A stretch of DNA of 64,000 bases. It comes from Rebecca billardiae RCC1528 (taxonomy: Eukaryota; Protista; Haptophyta). The stretch spans positions 1,054,001-1,118,000 of the forward strand of contig OZ251247.1 of the NCBI GenBank assembly GCA_965240325.2, read 5' to 3'. Below the pieces are notes generated by a model. The model did no database searches. It had not been told where the DNA came from and was given only the letters and a program-made list of their open reading frames with translations. This document shows positions 12,663-23,799 of the stretch, in pieces. Position numbers and translations under genes: made by a program. Positions within the stretch are counted from its first letter, which is position 1. Each line of letters begins with the position of its first letter.

Positions 12663-14321
12663 CTACGCGCTCAGTCGCAGCAGTGGCGGCAGCCGCCTGA
12701 TCCACACCAGTGAGCCCACGTCGTGTCTGGGCTCGTCGGCATCGCTCACGCCGATGCCGAGCGCGGCGCTCCGCCTCCCGCACGCAAATGCGCGCCCGTC
12801 TGCAGCCCCAAAGAGAGACGTGTTCTCAGGCCCGAGTGAGCAGCTCACTATGTGCGCACGCACTGGCGTGGCCAGCGAAATAGGCACCCAGCTGGGAGTG
12901 AGCTCCTCGTCTGCCACAGTGCCACGAAGCTCCGCCCTGCCCAGCTGTCGGCATTGGGTCTGCCCAAACGTGTACACGCGGCCGTCCGCGCTCACCACCG
13001 CGCTGACTGAAGGCCCGCAACTGGCGCGCACCACGTGCACGCCCTCCAGAGCGCAGATGCGCCGCGGCGAGGGCTGCCTCCACTGCGCTGCGCCATACCC
13101 GAGGTCACCCAAGCTTGCGTTCCCGAACCCGTGCACGCCACCCTCCGCGTCGACCACCAGGCAGTGGTGGCCGCCCGCGCTCACGTGCACGGCGCGCACG
13201 CCCGCGAGCGCCTCGATGCGCCTCGGCGTGTGCCGATCCTGCTCGTCGCCGTGGCCGAGCTGGCCACAGTGGCCAGAGCCACACGAGTAGACGGCCCCAC
13301 TGGCAGAGAGCAGCAGCGTGTACTCGGCCCCTGCCGAGACCCCGGCCACTCGCAGGCCGTCCAGCGCCTCGATGCGCTTGGGCTCACACAGCTGCTCCTC
13401 CGTGTCGTCGCCGTGGCCGAGCTGGCCGCACAAGTTGTCGCCCCAGCTGTAGGCACACCCTGCTGCAGTGAGCGCGATGCTGTGGAAGCCACCTGCGGCG
13501 ATGCCCACGTTCACATCACCACGTGGCAAAGTGATGGCGGCGAAGAAGCGACGAGTCGCAGTGTCGCCCAGCCCCAGCTGGCCATTGTCGTTGCAGCCGC
13601 AGCCGTACACGGCGCCTGCCTCGCTGAGCGCGAGCAGCTGGTTGTAGCCAGCGGCCACCGCACGCACGCGCACAGACGAGAGCGAGGCCACTCGCCCAGG
13701 CACGCATGAAAGCTCGCCCTCCGGGTGGCCCGTCATGGCAGCTAGAACGCACGTGGTGAGCTCCTCGCCGTCCTCCTGCCTCTCGTACTCCGAGTACTCA
13801 CCGCACGTGTGCAGCCCGCCCTCCGCGTCCACAAACGCGCTGAAGACGACCCGCCAACTGCCCGCGTCCTCATCGACATAGCCGCCGCACGCGGCGACGC
13901 ACGCGTGCGCATCGGCGAGCTCGAGCGCGCGCTCGCGCGCGAGGAGCTCCGCTGTCCACGAGCACGCGCCCGGCGGCAGGACCGCTGGCAGCGCGCTCTC
14001 GTGCCCGCGCGCGCGCGCTCGCTCGCGCAGCGCGCGCTCGACCGGCGAGCGGCCGCCGGGCGCGCCGCGGAAGAGGCGCGAGGCGGCGTTGGCCGCGGCG
14101 AGGTCGCGGGCGTGCTCCACGAGCCTGAGCAAGCGCGCGACCACGTCCGCGGGCAGGTCAGCGAGCGACACCGCCGCCGGCGCCGCAGCGGCTCGCACCG
14201 TGCCGCTTGGCCGGGGTGCTGTGCCGCACGGCTCCGTGTCGCGCGCACGCGCGGCGGGCTCAGCGCGCGGGCCGAGGGCGACGTCACGGTGGGCTACGAG
14301 CGAGCCGAAGGCCGGGTCCAT
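12663..14321 (-). CDS. F-box-like + RCC1-repeat protein, copy A
   Basis: Intronless. LADLPADVVARLL...DLAAANAASRLFR (F-box-like), then RCC1 repeats (GGFHSIALT.AG.AYSWGDN..GQLGHGD). Confidence 0.88.
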   Translation of the reverse strand: MDPAFGSLVAHRDVALGPRAEPAARARDTEPCGTAPRPSGTVRAAAAPAAVSLADLPADVVARLLRLVEHARDLAAANAASRLFRGAPGGRSPVERALRERARARGHESALPAVLPPGACSWTAELLARERALELADAHACVAACGGYVDEDAGSWRVVFSAFVDAEGGLHTCGEYSEYERQEDGEELTTCVLAAMTGHPEGELSCVPGRVASLSSVRVRAVAAGYNQLLALSEAGAVYGCGCNDNGQLGLGDTATRRFFAAITLPRGDVNVGIAAGGFHSIALTAAGCAYSWGDNLCGQLGHGDDTEEQLCEPKRIEALDGLRVAGVSAGAEYTLLLSASGAVYSCGSGHCGQLGHGDEQDRHTPRRIEALAGVRAVHVSAGGHHCLVVDAEGGVHGFGNASLGDLGYGAAQWRQPSPRRICALEGVHVVRASCGPSVSAVVSADGRVYTFGQTQCRQLGRAELRGTVADEELTPSWVPISLATPVRAHIVSCSLGPENTSLFGAADGRAFACGRRSAALGIGVSDADEPRHDVGSLVWIRRLPPLLRLSA

Positions 14322-14820
14322 GGCGTGGGCCGACGTCGCAGCCGTCAAGCGCGCAGCAGCCCGGGCGAGGTCAAGCAGGGACCCTTGAGCAGGGACGCTT
14401 TCGCGCGCGCCGCCGTCGCCGGCTCGCGCCGCGGGCCGCCGCGGCCCGGCTCGCGGCGGCGCGGCTTTTTTATTCGATCGATCTCGATCGATTATTGAGG
14501 CGCGGTCTACGATTTTTTATTCACGGAGTACCTGGACCGTCGCGCTCTCAACCCAGCGCACTAGCGCAGCGCTGACGATCCGCCCTTGGTGACTTCATGC
14601 TGGTGATGCTCGCTGCTCGCAGCTCGCTGCCGTTGCCACTTGCCTGCCCACTAGCAGAGCTCATCCGAACGCGACCTCCCAGCATATGCCTGCATCTGCG
14701 ATATACTAGTATGCAGCCAGCACACCCAGAGCCAGTCCGAGTCTCGTCGACGTCAGCAGCAGCGCCGCAGCGGCACTCACATGTCTGTGAGCTGCACAAG
14801 CTGTCAAGTAAGCTGCCAGG

Positions 14821-16716
14821 CTACGTGCTCAGCCGCAGCAAGGGCGGCAGCCGGCTGATCGGCACCAGCGAGCCCACATCGTGCCTGGGCTCGTCGGCAT
14901 CGCTCACGCCGATGCCCAGCGCTGCACTCCACCTCCCGCACGCAAATGCGCGCCCGTCTGCAGCCACGAAGAGAGACGTGCTCTCAGGGCCGAGCGAGCA
15001 GCCCACGATGTGCGCACGCACTGGCGTGGCCAGCGCAATAGGCACCCAGCTGGGAGTGAGTTCCCCTTCTTCCACACCGCTGCCACGAAGATCCACCCTG
15101 CCGAGCTCACCAAACCTGTTCCATCCGAACGTGTACACGCTGCCGTCCGCGCTCACCACCGCGCTGACTGAAGACCCACAGCTGGCGCGCACCACGTGCA
15201 CGCCCTCCAGAGCGCAGATGCGCCGCGGCGAGGGCTGGCTCCACAGCGCTGCGGCCTCGTCCGAACCATACCCGAGGCCACCCACGTGTGCACTCCCGAA
15301 GGAATGCACGCCACCCTCCGTGTCGACCACCAGGCTGTGCTCCTCGCCCGCGCTCACGTGCACGGCGCGCACGCCAGCTAGCGCCTCGATGCGCCTCGGC
15401 GTGCGCTGATCCTGCTGGTCGCCGTGGCCGAGCCGGCCACAGCCGCCCTTGCCACACGAGTACACGACCCCACCCGTCGAGAGCAGCAGCGTGTGCATAC
15501 ACCCCGCAGCGATGCCGCCTACGCGCACACCGTCCAGCGCCTCGATGTGCGTCGGCTCCCACCTGTCCTCCGTGCCGCCGTGGCCGAGCTGGCCGTAGCC
15601 GTTGTAGCCCCAGCTGTACGCGGCACCAGCTGCTGTGAGCGCGAGGCTGTGGGCGGCGCCTGCGGCGATGCCCACGTTGCCATTGCCGCGAGGCCCCGCG
15701 ATGGCGGTGAATATGCGACGAGTCGTCGTATCGCCCAGCCCCAGCTGGCCGCAATCGTTGCAGCCGCAGCCGTACACGGTGCCGGCATCGCTGAGCGCGA
15801 GCAGGTGGCGGCCGCCAGCCGCCACGGAGCGCACGCGCACTGATGAGAGCGAGAGCACGCGCTGGGGCACGCATGCGGGCCGCTCGCTCTCCGAATGGCC
15901 CGTTGCGTCGGCCGAAGAGACCGCGGTGTCCTCGCCGTCGTCATGCCTCTCGTACTCCGAGTACTCACCGCACGTGTGCAGCCCGCCCTCCGCGTCCACA
16001 AACGCGCTGAAGACGACCCGCCAAACGTCCAACGTCTCATCTGGCTCGCCACCGCACGCGGCGACGCACGCGTGCGCCGCGGAGAGCTCGAGCACGCGCG
16101 TGCGCGCGAGCAGCTCCGCTGTCCACGAGCACGCAGCTGCAGGCAGCAACGCCGGCAGCGAGTGCCCGCGCGCGTGCGCGCGCTCGCGCAGCGCGCGCTC
16201 GACCGGCGAGCGGCCGCCGGGCGCGCCGCGGAAGAGGCGCGAGGTGGCGTTGGCGGCGGCGAGGTCACGCGCGTGCGGGATGAACGCGAGCACGCGACCA
16301 ATGGCGTCCACGGGCAGGTCCGCGAGCGTCACGGGGGCCGGCGCAGCCGCGCGCTCCACACTCGGCGGGTGCAAGCTGCGTTCGTCAGCGAGGCCCCTCG
16401 CGCGCGGCTCGGCGCGCGGAGCGACGGCGACGTGGCGCCATTCGCCGAGCGGACAGAAGCCGGAGTACGTCGTGCGTGCCGACGCCGCGGGCGTCACGCG
16501 CGCGCAGCCGGCGCGGCCGCAGCGCACGGCGCAGCACTCGGACGCGAGCGCGCGCTCGAAGAGGCACACGTTGTGCGCGACGTGCTCCGCGCCGCACGCG
16601 AGCTGCGCCCACGGCTGCGGGCCGATCTGGGCGCCGCAGAGCGCGCACGGCGCGGCGTGCACGGGCGCGGGGGCGCTGCAGCTGCCGGCGAGCCCCTTCG
16701 GCTCCGCGGGGTCCAT
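14821..16716 (-). CDS. RING-like + F-box-like + RCC1-repeat protein, copy B
   Basis: N-terminal CALC-x12-CGAEHVAHNVC...CGRAGC, then LADLPVDAIGRVLAF...DLAAANATSRLFR and RCC1 repeats. Confidence 0.87.
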   Translation of the reverse strand: MDPAEPKGLAGSCSAPAPVHAAPCALCGAQIGPQPWAQLACGAEHVAHNVCLFERALASECCAVRCGRAGCARVTPAASARTTYSGFCPLGEWRHVAVAPRAEPRARGLADERSLHPPSVERAAAPAPVTLADLPVDAIGRVLAFIPHARDLAAANATSRLFRGAPGGRSPVERALRERAHARGHSLPALLPAAACSWTAELLARTRVLELSAAHACVAACGGEPDETLDVWRVVFSAFVDAEGGLHTCGEYSEYERHDDGEDTAVSSADATGHSESERPACVPQRVLSLSSVRVRSVAAGGRHLLALSDAGTVYGCGCNDCGQLGLGDTTTRRIFTAIAGPRGNGNVGIAAGAAHSLALTAAGAAYSWGYNGYGQLGHGGTEDRWEPTHIEALDGVRVGGIAAGCMHTLLLSTGGVVYSCGKGGCGRLGHGDQQDQRTPRRIEALAGVRAVHVSAGEEHSLVVDTEGGVHSFGSAHVGGLGYGSDEAAALWSQPSPRRICALEGVHVVRASCGSSVSAVVSADGSVYTFGWNRFGELGRVDLRGSGVEEGELTPSWVPIALATPVRAHIVGCSLGPESTSLFVAADGRAFACGRWSAALGIGVSDADEPRHDVGSLVPISRLPPLLRLST

Positions 16717-16883
16717 GCCGGCGGCGGGCGCGCTCGTCCCTCGACTAGCGAGGCTTGGGCTTGCGGCCCCCGCCGGCGCGGCGTACGTGCCCGGGACTCC
16801 GGGTCGACGACTCGACGGTCCAACCGGTTGCTCAGGCGCGCAGCAGGGCCCGCCAGAAGTTAAAGTCGCGCCCGGCAGGGACG

Positions 16884-17750
16884 ATGGCGTCGTCGCCGTC
16901 GCAGCAGGCGCTCCTCGCATGCCTCGCGTGCGCCCTGCTCCCGCACGGCGCCATCGCATTCGACCGCAAGTTCGCCGGGAGCATCACCGGCTGGTTCCAC
17001 GTGACGGACAAGAACGCCTTCGAGCTCCTCGTCCGCAGCCTGACCGACGCGAGCGCTCCTGCCGCGCCCGTCGCCGAGATTGGCGTGTTTCATGGCCGAA
17101 GCTTCGCGTCCCTGCTGAGCGTGGCGTCGGCGGGGCAGCGGGTGGTCGCGATCGACTACTTCAAGCGCGATCCCAACGCCACCCGCTCCCGCGGCGAGAT
17201 CTTCCTGGCGAACATGCGCCATGCATTCCGCGACGAGCCGCACCGGCTGCGGCAGATGGCCATGCATTCGAATAACACGTTCGACCTGACTGCGGCGGAC
17301 GTCCTGCGCTTCGGCGGCGGCGGCCGGTTCGTCTTCGTGCACGTGGACGCCGGCCACACGTACGACGGCGCGATGAACGACGTGCGCTTGGCCGCGCAGG
17401 TCCTGCTCCCGAGCGGCGTCATCGCGCTCGACGACTACCACAATATCTTCTGGCCTGGGGTGCATGCGGCGGTGAACACATTCTTGGCGACGGAGGGGCG
17501 GCACCTGGTCGCGTTCATGCACACGGGGAACAAGGTGTACCTGTGCAACCGCCACGCGCTGGCGGCCATCAGGCCGCTCCTCGCGCGGCTGTGCCACGTG
17601 CGCGCGTACGGCGAGATCCGGACTGTTCTTGAGCTGATGGAGCAGGTCCCGCCAGTGCCCCTGGGGCACCCGAGGTGCAACCGGCAGGTGGTGTCGGAGA
17701 GTGAGAGCACGATCATGGGCAAGGAGATCCTCCACTACCACCACGCGTGA
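16884..17750 (+). CDS. Class I SAM-dependent methyltransferase (Methyltransf_24-like) with a signal peptide/anchor
   Basis: Motifs VAEIGVFHGRS, VVAIDYF, FVHVDAGHTY..AMND, L.PSGVIALDDY....WPGV. Hydrophobic N-terminus; intronless. Confidence 0.85.
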   Translation: MASSPSQQALLACLACALLPHGAIAFDRKFAGSITGWFHVTDKNAFELLVRSLTDASAPAAPVAEIGVFHGRSFASLLSVASAGQRVVAIDYFKRDPNATRSRGEIFLANMRHAFRDEPHRLRQMAMHSNNTFDLTAADVLRFGGGGRFVFVHVDAGHTYDGAMNDVRLAAQVLLPSGVIALDDYHNIFWPGVHAAVNTFLATEGRHLVAFMHTGNKVYLCNRHALAAIRPLLARLCHVRAYGEIRTVLELMEQVPPVPLGHPRCNRQVVSESESTIMGKEILHYHHA

Positions 17751-18234
17751 GCGCACCCGGGGTGGCGTCCGCAGCCAGCCTGCTGCGCCGAGTGAATCTG
17801 CGGCACAGGACCGGATCGGCTGGCGGCCTGCGGCTGCTGACGAACGGTCGTCACTCGTTGGGCAGCAGTTCCGCTACCGTCTTACTCCCCGCCACCTGTC
17901 ATCACCCGGGCGGCTCCCGGGAATGCGTGCGGCCTGCTGGCTGCTGCCAGAGCGCCCTGGCGTCGTGCACGCGACTCATGCACTGATCAGTGTCTGTCGG
18001 CTGAGTATCCGAGTAGGTAGCGTGCACACCGCTGCGCGGCAAGCGATGTCTAGCGTATGCGGTAGTTACCGGAACTTGATCAACTTGAAGGCGGCGTATG
18101 ATCCCGCAGCGCAGCAGGTGGTCGCGGCGCCCTGGTCCACCAGGCCGAGAGGGCCAGACTGAAGGAGTCCGGCCGGAATGCGCGTTGCCGCGCTCCGGAT
18201 CCAAATCGGCAGCGTTCAGCTGCACGAGGTCAGC

Positions 18235-18653
18235 ATGCCTTCCGCGCTGCTCGTCAAGGCCTCGGAGCTCTACGCCGCGTACGGCGAGCCCGCGACGGAG
18301 GTGCGCGCCCCACCCCCCCCGGCGCACGCAGCGTGCGACGTGTCCGTCGCATCGCATCCTCCGCGCTGAGCCGCGCGCCCCGCGCGCACGCACCTTCCGC
18401 GCGCGCGCGCCATGTGCGCCATGATGATTATAGTTTGCGCGCACAGCGTTCCACTATGGCTTCATCCCGCTGGTGATCCTGCTCGGCATGCGCACGGAGC
18501 CCAGGCCGACGCTGCTCGCCCTGTGCGTGCGCCCGCCGCCTCGTCACCCGCCCGCGCACCGCACGCCTCTCACGCCCCAACCCTCCGCCGCGCGCCCGCC
18601 CGCCCTCCCCTGTCTTCGCCCGCGCTCGCCGCCGCAGCATTCAGCCCATGTGA
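18235..18653 (+). CDS. TOM7: Mitochondrial import receptor subunit TOM7, 3 exons (not in the ORF track)
   Basis: Exons 18235-18300, 18434-18522, 18638-18653 splice to MPSALLVKASELYAAYGEPATEFARTAFHYGFIPLVILLGMRTEPRPTLLALIQPM. HYGFIPLVI.LGM..EP.P is the Tom7 signature. Confidence 0.9.
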
Positions 18654-19336
18654 GCCTCGGCGGAGGCGAGCGCAACCTGGACGGCGGCCGCACGCCCTGG
18701 TTCGGAGCGACCCGCCCAGGCGCCACGACAGCCGCACCTGCGCCCCGCAGGCCGGGCCGCGCTCTCAGCAGCGCGCGCTCGGCCGGTGGCGGCGGAGGAC
18801 TGGTGGCGGCGGCCTGCCCAGCGCCTGCCGACGGGATGGCGGGTGCGCATCTGCAGTGAAGCGGCCGCCCGTGCGCTCCTCGCCGATGGCAGCGGCTGGG
18901 CTCGTCGCTCGCGGCACGCGGCGCGCGCCAGTCGTCTTGCCGACAACACTGAGCAGTCCGGACGAATGATAGTTTGCAGCGGCGTCAGGCCGCTGAGTAC
19001 GACTCGCCATTCTCGGACCCGCCGCGGCGGGCTAAGGTCTAAGCCATGCGTGTGCGCTGCTGATGACAGTGCTGATGATGATGACGACGGCGTACGCGTG
19101 ACACTACGATATATATATATATATTATTGATGACGACGCGGTTCACGCCCCGATGATGCCGATCGATTGAGGCACGGCGGCCGCCATCAAGCGCTAGGCT
19201 GCGCCGAGGCGCGGCCGTGGGCGTGGCACCGCGTGACGCGGTGCCGCGCATCGCCATCGGCGCCGGCGCCCGGCCGCGCCGTCCGCGCCATCAATGTAGC
19301 ACTTGGAGCCCGCGCGGGCTCGCCCGTCCCTGGCAG

Positions 19337-20751
19337 TCAGCGGCGCTCCGCGCGCACCGGCGCGGGCGCCGCCGCGCCCGCGCCGTCCTTGTAATATTTG
19401 GAGTCCGCCGCGTACCGAATAATCTGCCGGTCGTCGTACAGCCGCCACTGCGCGAGCATCTGCTCCTGGCTGCGGCCGAGCACGCAGTACCCGCCGCAGT
19501 AGCCCGGGTGCCGGTCCTGCGCGGTGGCGAGCGCGCGCAGCTCGTCGTACGCCGGGCGGAGGACGAGCCGCGGCTCGCCGGCCGTTACGGAGTCCGTTAC
19601 GTACGCGTCCAGCTCGGCGACGCGGCGCATGTGGTACATGAAGGTGTTGGTCGAGGTCGGGTCGAGATTGCGCGCGTAGGTGTGCCGGATCAGGTCGCCC
19701 GGCACGGCGGGGAGCGTGCTCCCGTCCTCCCGCCGCCACGTCTCGCCCGGCTGCACGACGTACGCGAGCGCGCGGCCGGCGATGCTCCCGAGGTCGAACA
19801 CGACCCACTTTCCGTCCGGACTCATCTCGATCCGGACCGGGTCGACAAACGTGGCGAGGCACGGGTGCGCAAGGCACACGCCGCAGCACGTCGGGTCGTG
19901 GCTCCAGTTGAGCCCGGTCGCGCCGCGCTTCAGCCCGCGCCGCCCGGTCTCGTCAAACGCGCTATCCTGCAGCGTGAGCAGCGTCTCTGGCACGTTGTTC
20001 CCGTGCATCCTGCGGCGCGCGACGCGCGGTCGGGCGGCGCGCGGCGCGCGGTCGGGCGGCGCGCGGCGCGCGGTCGGGCGGTCGGGCGGTCGGGCGGTCG
20101 GGGCGGGTCGGCCGGGTCGGCCGGGCGGGGCGTGGGGCCGGCCGGGCGGTGCGGGCGAGCCGGGGGCTGCGTGCCGAGTGCGCCCGCTCGCGCGCACGGG
20201 CCGGCTCCGCGGGGCGTGCGGCGCGCGGCGCGCGCCGCGTCGAGTCGCACCGCCCGGCCGGCCCCACGCCCCGCCTGGCCGACCCGGCCGACCCGGCCCG
20301 ACCGCCCGCCCGCCCGACCGCCCGACCGCCCGACCGCCCGACCGCCCGACCGCCCGACCGCGCGCCGCGCGCGCGTCGCGTCGCACCAGAAAACTCCTCG
20401 CAGAGCCTCGGGGCAGCGCGGGTCCTTGGCGCGGAGGAGCTTGGGGAACCAGGCGTGCGGCTCGGAGATGCGCTCGACGTGCACGTTCCCCACGCACGCG
20501 CGCGTGCACGAGAGGAAGAGCGGCGCGCAGCAGCACGGCACGGCCGGCTCCGCGCAGATCGTCGCGCGCGGCGTGAACCAGTCGACGCCGCACGACATGC
20601 AGATTGCGACGACGTTCGGCGAGTACTGCGGCTCGGCGTAGACGAACGGCGCGTCCGGGCGGATCCCCGGGACCGCCTTGGCGAGGAACGCCGCCCACTC
20701 CGCGTCGGTGAGGACCGGCGCGATGCGCGGGCCGGCTGCGCCGCCCGCCAT
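19337..20751 (-). CDS. Cys-rich hypothetical protein, 2 exons
   Basis: Exons 20751-20387 and 20009-19337 join in phase (LRGVFW/MHGNNVPETLL). Strong GC3 codon bias; no family recognised. Confidence 0.75.
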
Positions 20752-21828
20752 CGATCGTCCTGCGAAATATTTGGGGCGGCAGCGCGTCGCGCGTGCTCAA
20801 CATCTCGCGAGCGAGATGTAACGTGGCGAGGAGCGCTGAGTTTCGTCGCACAGTTTGCGCCCTTCGCCCCTTCCGCTTTTACGCTGTATCGGGCGTGCGA
20901 CGGCGGCGTAGACGAGGGCGGCGACCGTCGGCCTGCCGCCGGCAAAGCCGCCGCACCCGGCGCGGGCGCGCGCAGCGGCGCGCATGACGTCGACGTGCGG
21001 CGCACGAGCCTGCCGCCAGCGCAGCATGCTGCGCCACAGTCTGAGTCGGCGCAGCTCTGCAGGCTGCCGGAGCGCGGCGGAGCTCGCCGCCGGCGGGCGG
21101 CGAGGCAGCCGGCAGCCTTGGGGACGGGCCTGCGTCTTAGTTGTAGTCTCGTTTATTTGAGACGGGCGGCTGCTGCGCTGTGCACGGCGCGGGCGGTCGT
21201 CCCCGGGGCTCTGGCAGGCTGCATACGCCCGAAGAGTTTGGGGCAACGGGCCGGCCGCAACGGCGGCTACGGGCAACGGTTGCGGCCCGCGCGCGCGCGC
21301 GCCTGAATGAAGCTTCGCGTCGCTTGGGGCGCAGCCGGCGCGGCCCGGACCAGACATGCGGCATCCCGCATCGTAGTTGTCCAAGGAGTCGTCACGGCTG
21401 TCGACCTTCGTCCCTCGGACCGCCACGGTCACATCCGCGCGGCTGACAGCTGGCCGCCCGGCCGTGCCGCGCCGCGTCACTGCGCCGTCACCGGCGGTCC
21501 ACGCGAGCGCGGGCACTGGCCGGCGCCCCACACGCGCTTGGCGGCACACCAGTCGAGGCTGGCGCAAACGGCCGCGGCGGCACGCGCGCCGCGGCCCTCG
21601 GGCCGCGCGCGGGCCAGCCGCCATCGTGCGCGACTGCGCGCCCCCGACGACCCCATCGCACTCGCGTGCGCCACCGCCCACGCCCAGTCGCCCACCGGCC
21701 GAGCTGTGACGAATCCCAAGGTTGGGGCCGACACCCCAAACCCGGCCGTGCAGAGTGCGCAGCCGGAAGCGGCTGGGTGCAACGGGCTGTGCAATCGCGC
21801 CACGTGATCCGAACCGTCCCCAGCCACC

Positions 21829-23382
21829 ATGCTCGCGGTGCAATTTGCGACGCTGTGCGCCGCGGCGCTCGCCGGCTCGGACACGTCGCAGGGCGGCGAG
21901 CGGCCGGCGGCGCCGGTGCGCCCGACCGTGCGCCCGTCGGGCAAGCAGCTCGAGGTCAACGGCATCTCGCCGCGCTTCGCCAACGCCGTCACCGCCGTGC
22001 GCGGCAAGCTGACGCTGAAAGCGGTTTCGTATCGGCAGCAGCTCGAGGCGAACGCGGCGGAGGACCTGCCGTTCGACCGCGTGGTCGAGTGCAACATCGG
22101 CAACCCGCAGGCGCTGGGCCAGAAGCCCGTCACCTTCGTCCGCCAGGTCCTCGCCCTCGTCGACTACCCGCAGCTGCTCGACGCGCCCGAGGCGGAGCGG
22201 CTCTTCCCGGCCGACGTGCGCGCGCGCGCGCGCGAGCTGCTCGCGGCGATCCCGGGCGGGACGGGGGCGTACACGGAGAGCAAGGGGGCGCTGCACGTGC
22301 GCAAGGCGGTCGCGCGCTTCATCGAGCAGCGCGACGGCTACCCCGCCGACCCGGAGGACATCTTCCTCACGGACGGCGCCTCGGAGGCGGTGAAGCTGTG
22401 CCTGCAGATTTGCATCCGCGATCAAAATGACGCGATCCTCGTGCCGATCCCGCAGTACCCGCTGTACTCGGGCTCGATCAACCTGTTCGGCGGCACGCTC
22501 GCCGGCTACTACCTCAACGAGGCCGAGGGCTGGGCGCTCGACGTCGCCGAGCTGCGGCGCGCGATTGACGAAACGCGCGCGGCGGGCAAAGAGGCGCGCG
22601 CGCTCGTCGTCATCAACCCTGGGAATCCGACGGGGAACACGCTCTCGCTGGAGAACCAGCGGCAGATCGTGGCGCTGTGCGCGGAGGAGCACCTCGTGCT
22701 GATCACCGACGAGGTGTACCAGGCCAACCTGTACGCGCAGGACAAGCCGTTCACCTCCTTCAAGAAGGTCGCGCAGGATATGGGCTACGGTTCAGATACT
22801 ATTGAGATCTTCTCGACGCACTCGATCTCGAAGGGGTTCCTCGGCGAGTGCGGCCGGCGCGGCGGGTACGTGGAGTGCTTCGGGATCAGCCAGCCCGCCA
22901 AGGGCGCCATCTACAACATGATCGCGCTCGGCCTCTGCGCCAACGTCGCCGGACAGATCACTACGGAGCTGATGCTCAACCCGCCCCAGGAGGGGCAGCC
23001 ATCATTCCCGCTGTGGGCGCAGGAGCGGGACGAGCTGCTCGGCTCGCTGCGCCGGCGCGCGACGCTGTTCCGCGAGGCGTTCAACGAGATGGAGGGCGTG
23101 TCGTGCAACCCCGCCGAGGGCGCGCTCTACCTCTTCCCGCAGATCACCCTCCCGCCGCGCGCGCGCGAGGCCGCGCGCGCCGCCGGGCTCGCGCCAGACG
23201 CCTTCTACGCCGACCGGCTGCTTGACGCGACCGGTATCTGCGTCGTGCCGGGGTCCGGGTTTCGTCAACGCGAGGGGACGTCGCACCTGCGCTTCGCGTT
23301 CCTGCCGCCCGAGGAGGACATCTCCGCCGTCGTCGGGCGCATGAAGGCCTTCCACAGCGCGTTCATGGCCGAGTTCAAGTGA
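21829..23382 (+). CDS. Alanine aminotransferase (ALT/GGAT family, PLP-dependent class I)
   Basis: Motifs CNIGNPQALGQKP.TF.RQV, GAYTESKG, IFLTDGAS, PIPQYPLYS, INPGNPTG, DEVYQ, HSISKG..GECGRRGGY, VVPGSGF.Q. Intronless, with an N-terminal hydrophobic leader. Confidence 0.95.
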   Translation: MLAVQFATLCAAALAGSDTSQGGERPAAPVRPTVRPSGKQLEVNGISPRFANAVTAVRGKLTLKAVSYRQQLEANAAEDLPFDRVVECNIGNPQALGQKPVTFVRQVLALVDYPQLLDAPEAERLFPADVRARARELLAAIPGGTGAYTESKGALHVRKAVARFIEQRDGYPADPEDIFLTDGASEAVKLCLQICIRDQNDAILVPIPQYPLYSGSINLFGGTLAGYYLNEAEGWALDVAELRRAIDETRAAGKEARALVVINPGNPTGNTLSLENQRQIVALCAEEHLVLITDEVYQANLYAQDKPFTSFKKVAQDMGYGSDTIEIFSTHSISKGFLGECGRRGGYVECFGISQPAKGAIYNMIALGLCANVAGQITTELMLNPPQEGQPSFPLWAQERDELLGSLRRRATLFREAFNEMEGVSCNPAEGALYLFPQITLPPRAREAARAAGLAPDAFYADRLLDATGICVVPGSGFRQREGTSHLRFAFLPPEEDISAVVGRMKAFHSAFMAEFK

Positions 23383-23799
23383 GCGCACAGCCCCGCCCCG
23401 TCCGTCGATCTGCCCAGCTGATCGGTGCCGGCAGCGCGTGAGCTGTGCCGGCGGCACGGAGCGACTCAGCGCGCGCGCGGAACGGCGGCGCTGATGATCG
23501 ATGATATGCCATCATGTCTGCGCCGTTGGCTCGTCGCCTGGCATGCCACGGCGTTACTACTATACATAGTACACCCCACGCCTCGAGACGAGCCGCTTGT
23601 TGCTGGTCAGCTTACGAGCAGCTAGTGAGTTGTAACATCGTCCAAGCCACTATACAAGGGCGATGACGAAATACAATCAGCATCAATAAGATCATGTTGA
23701 ATGTATGGATACTACGACTGAGTCTTGATGAGTGCCGCTCCACCGGCTCATTGCTGGCCGCGCGGCGCGTCGCAGCCTCAGCGAACGACGACGACGACG

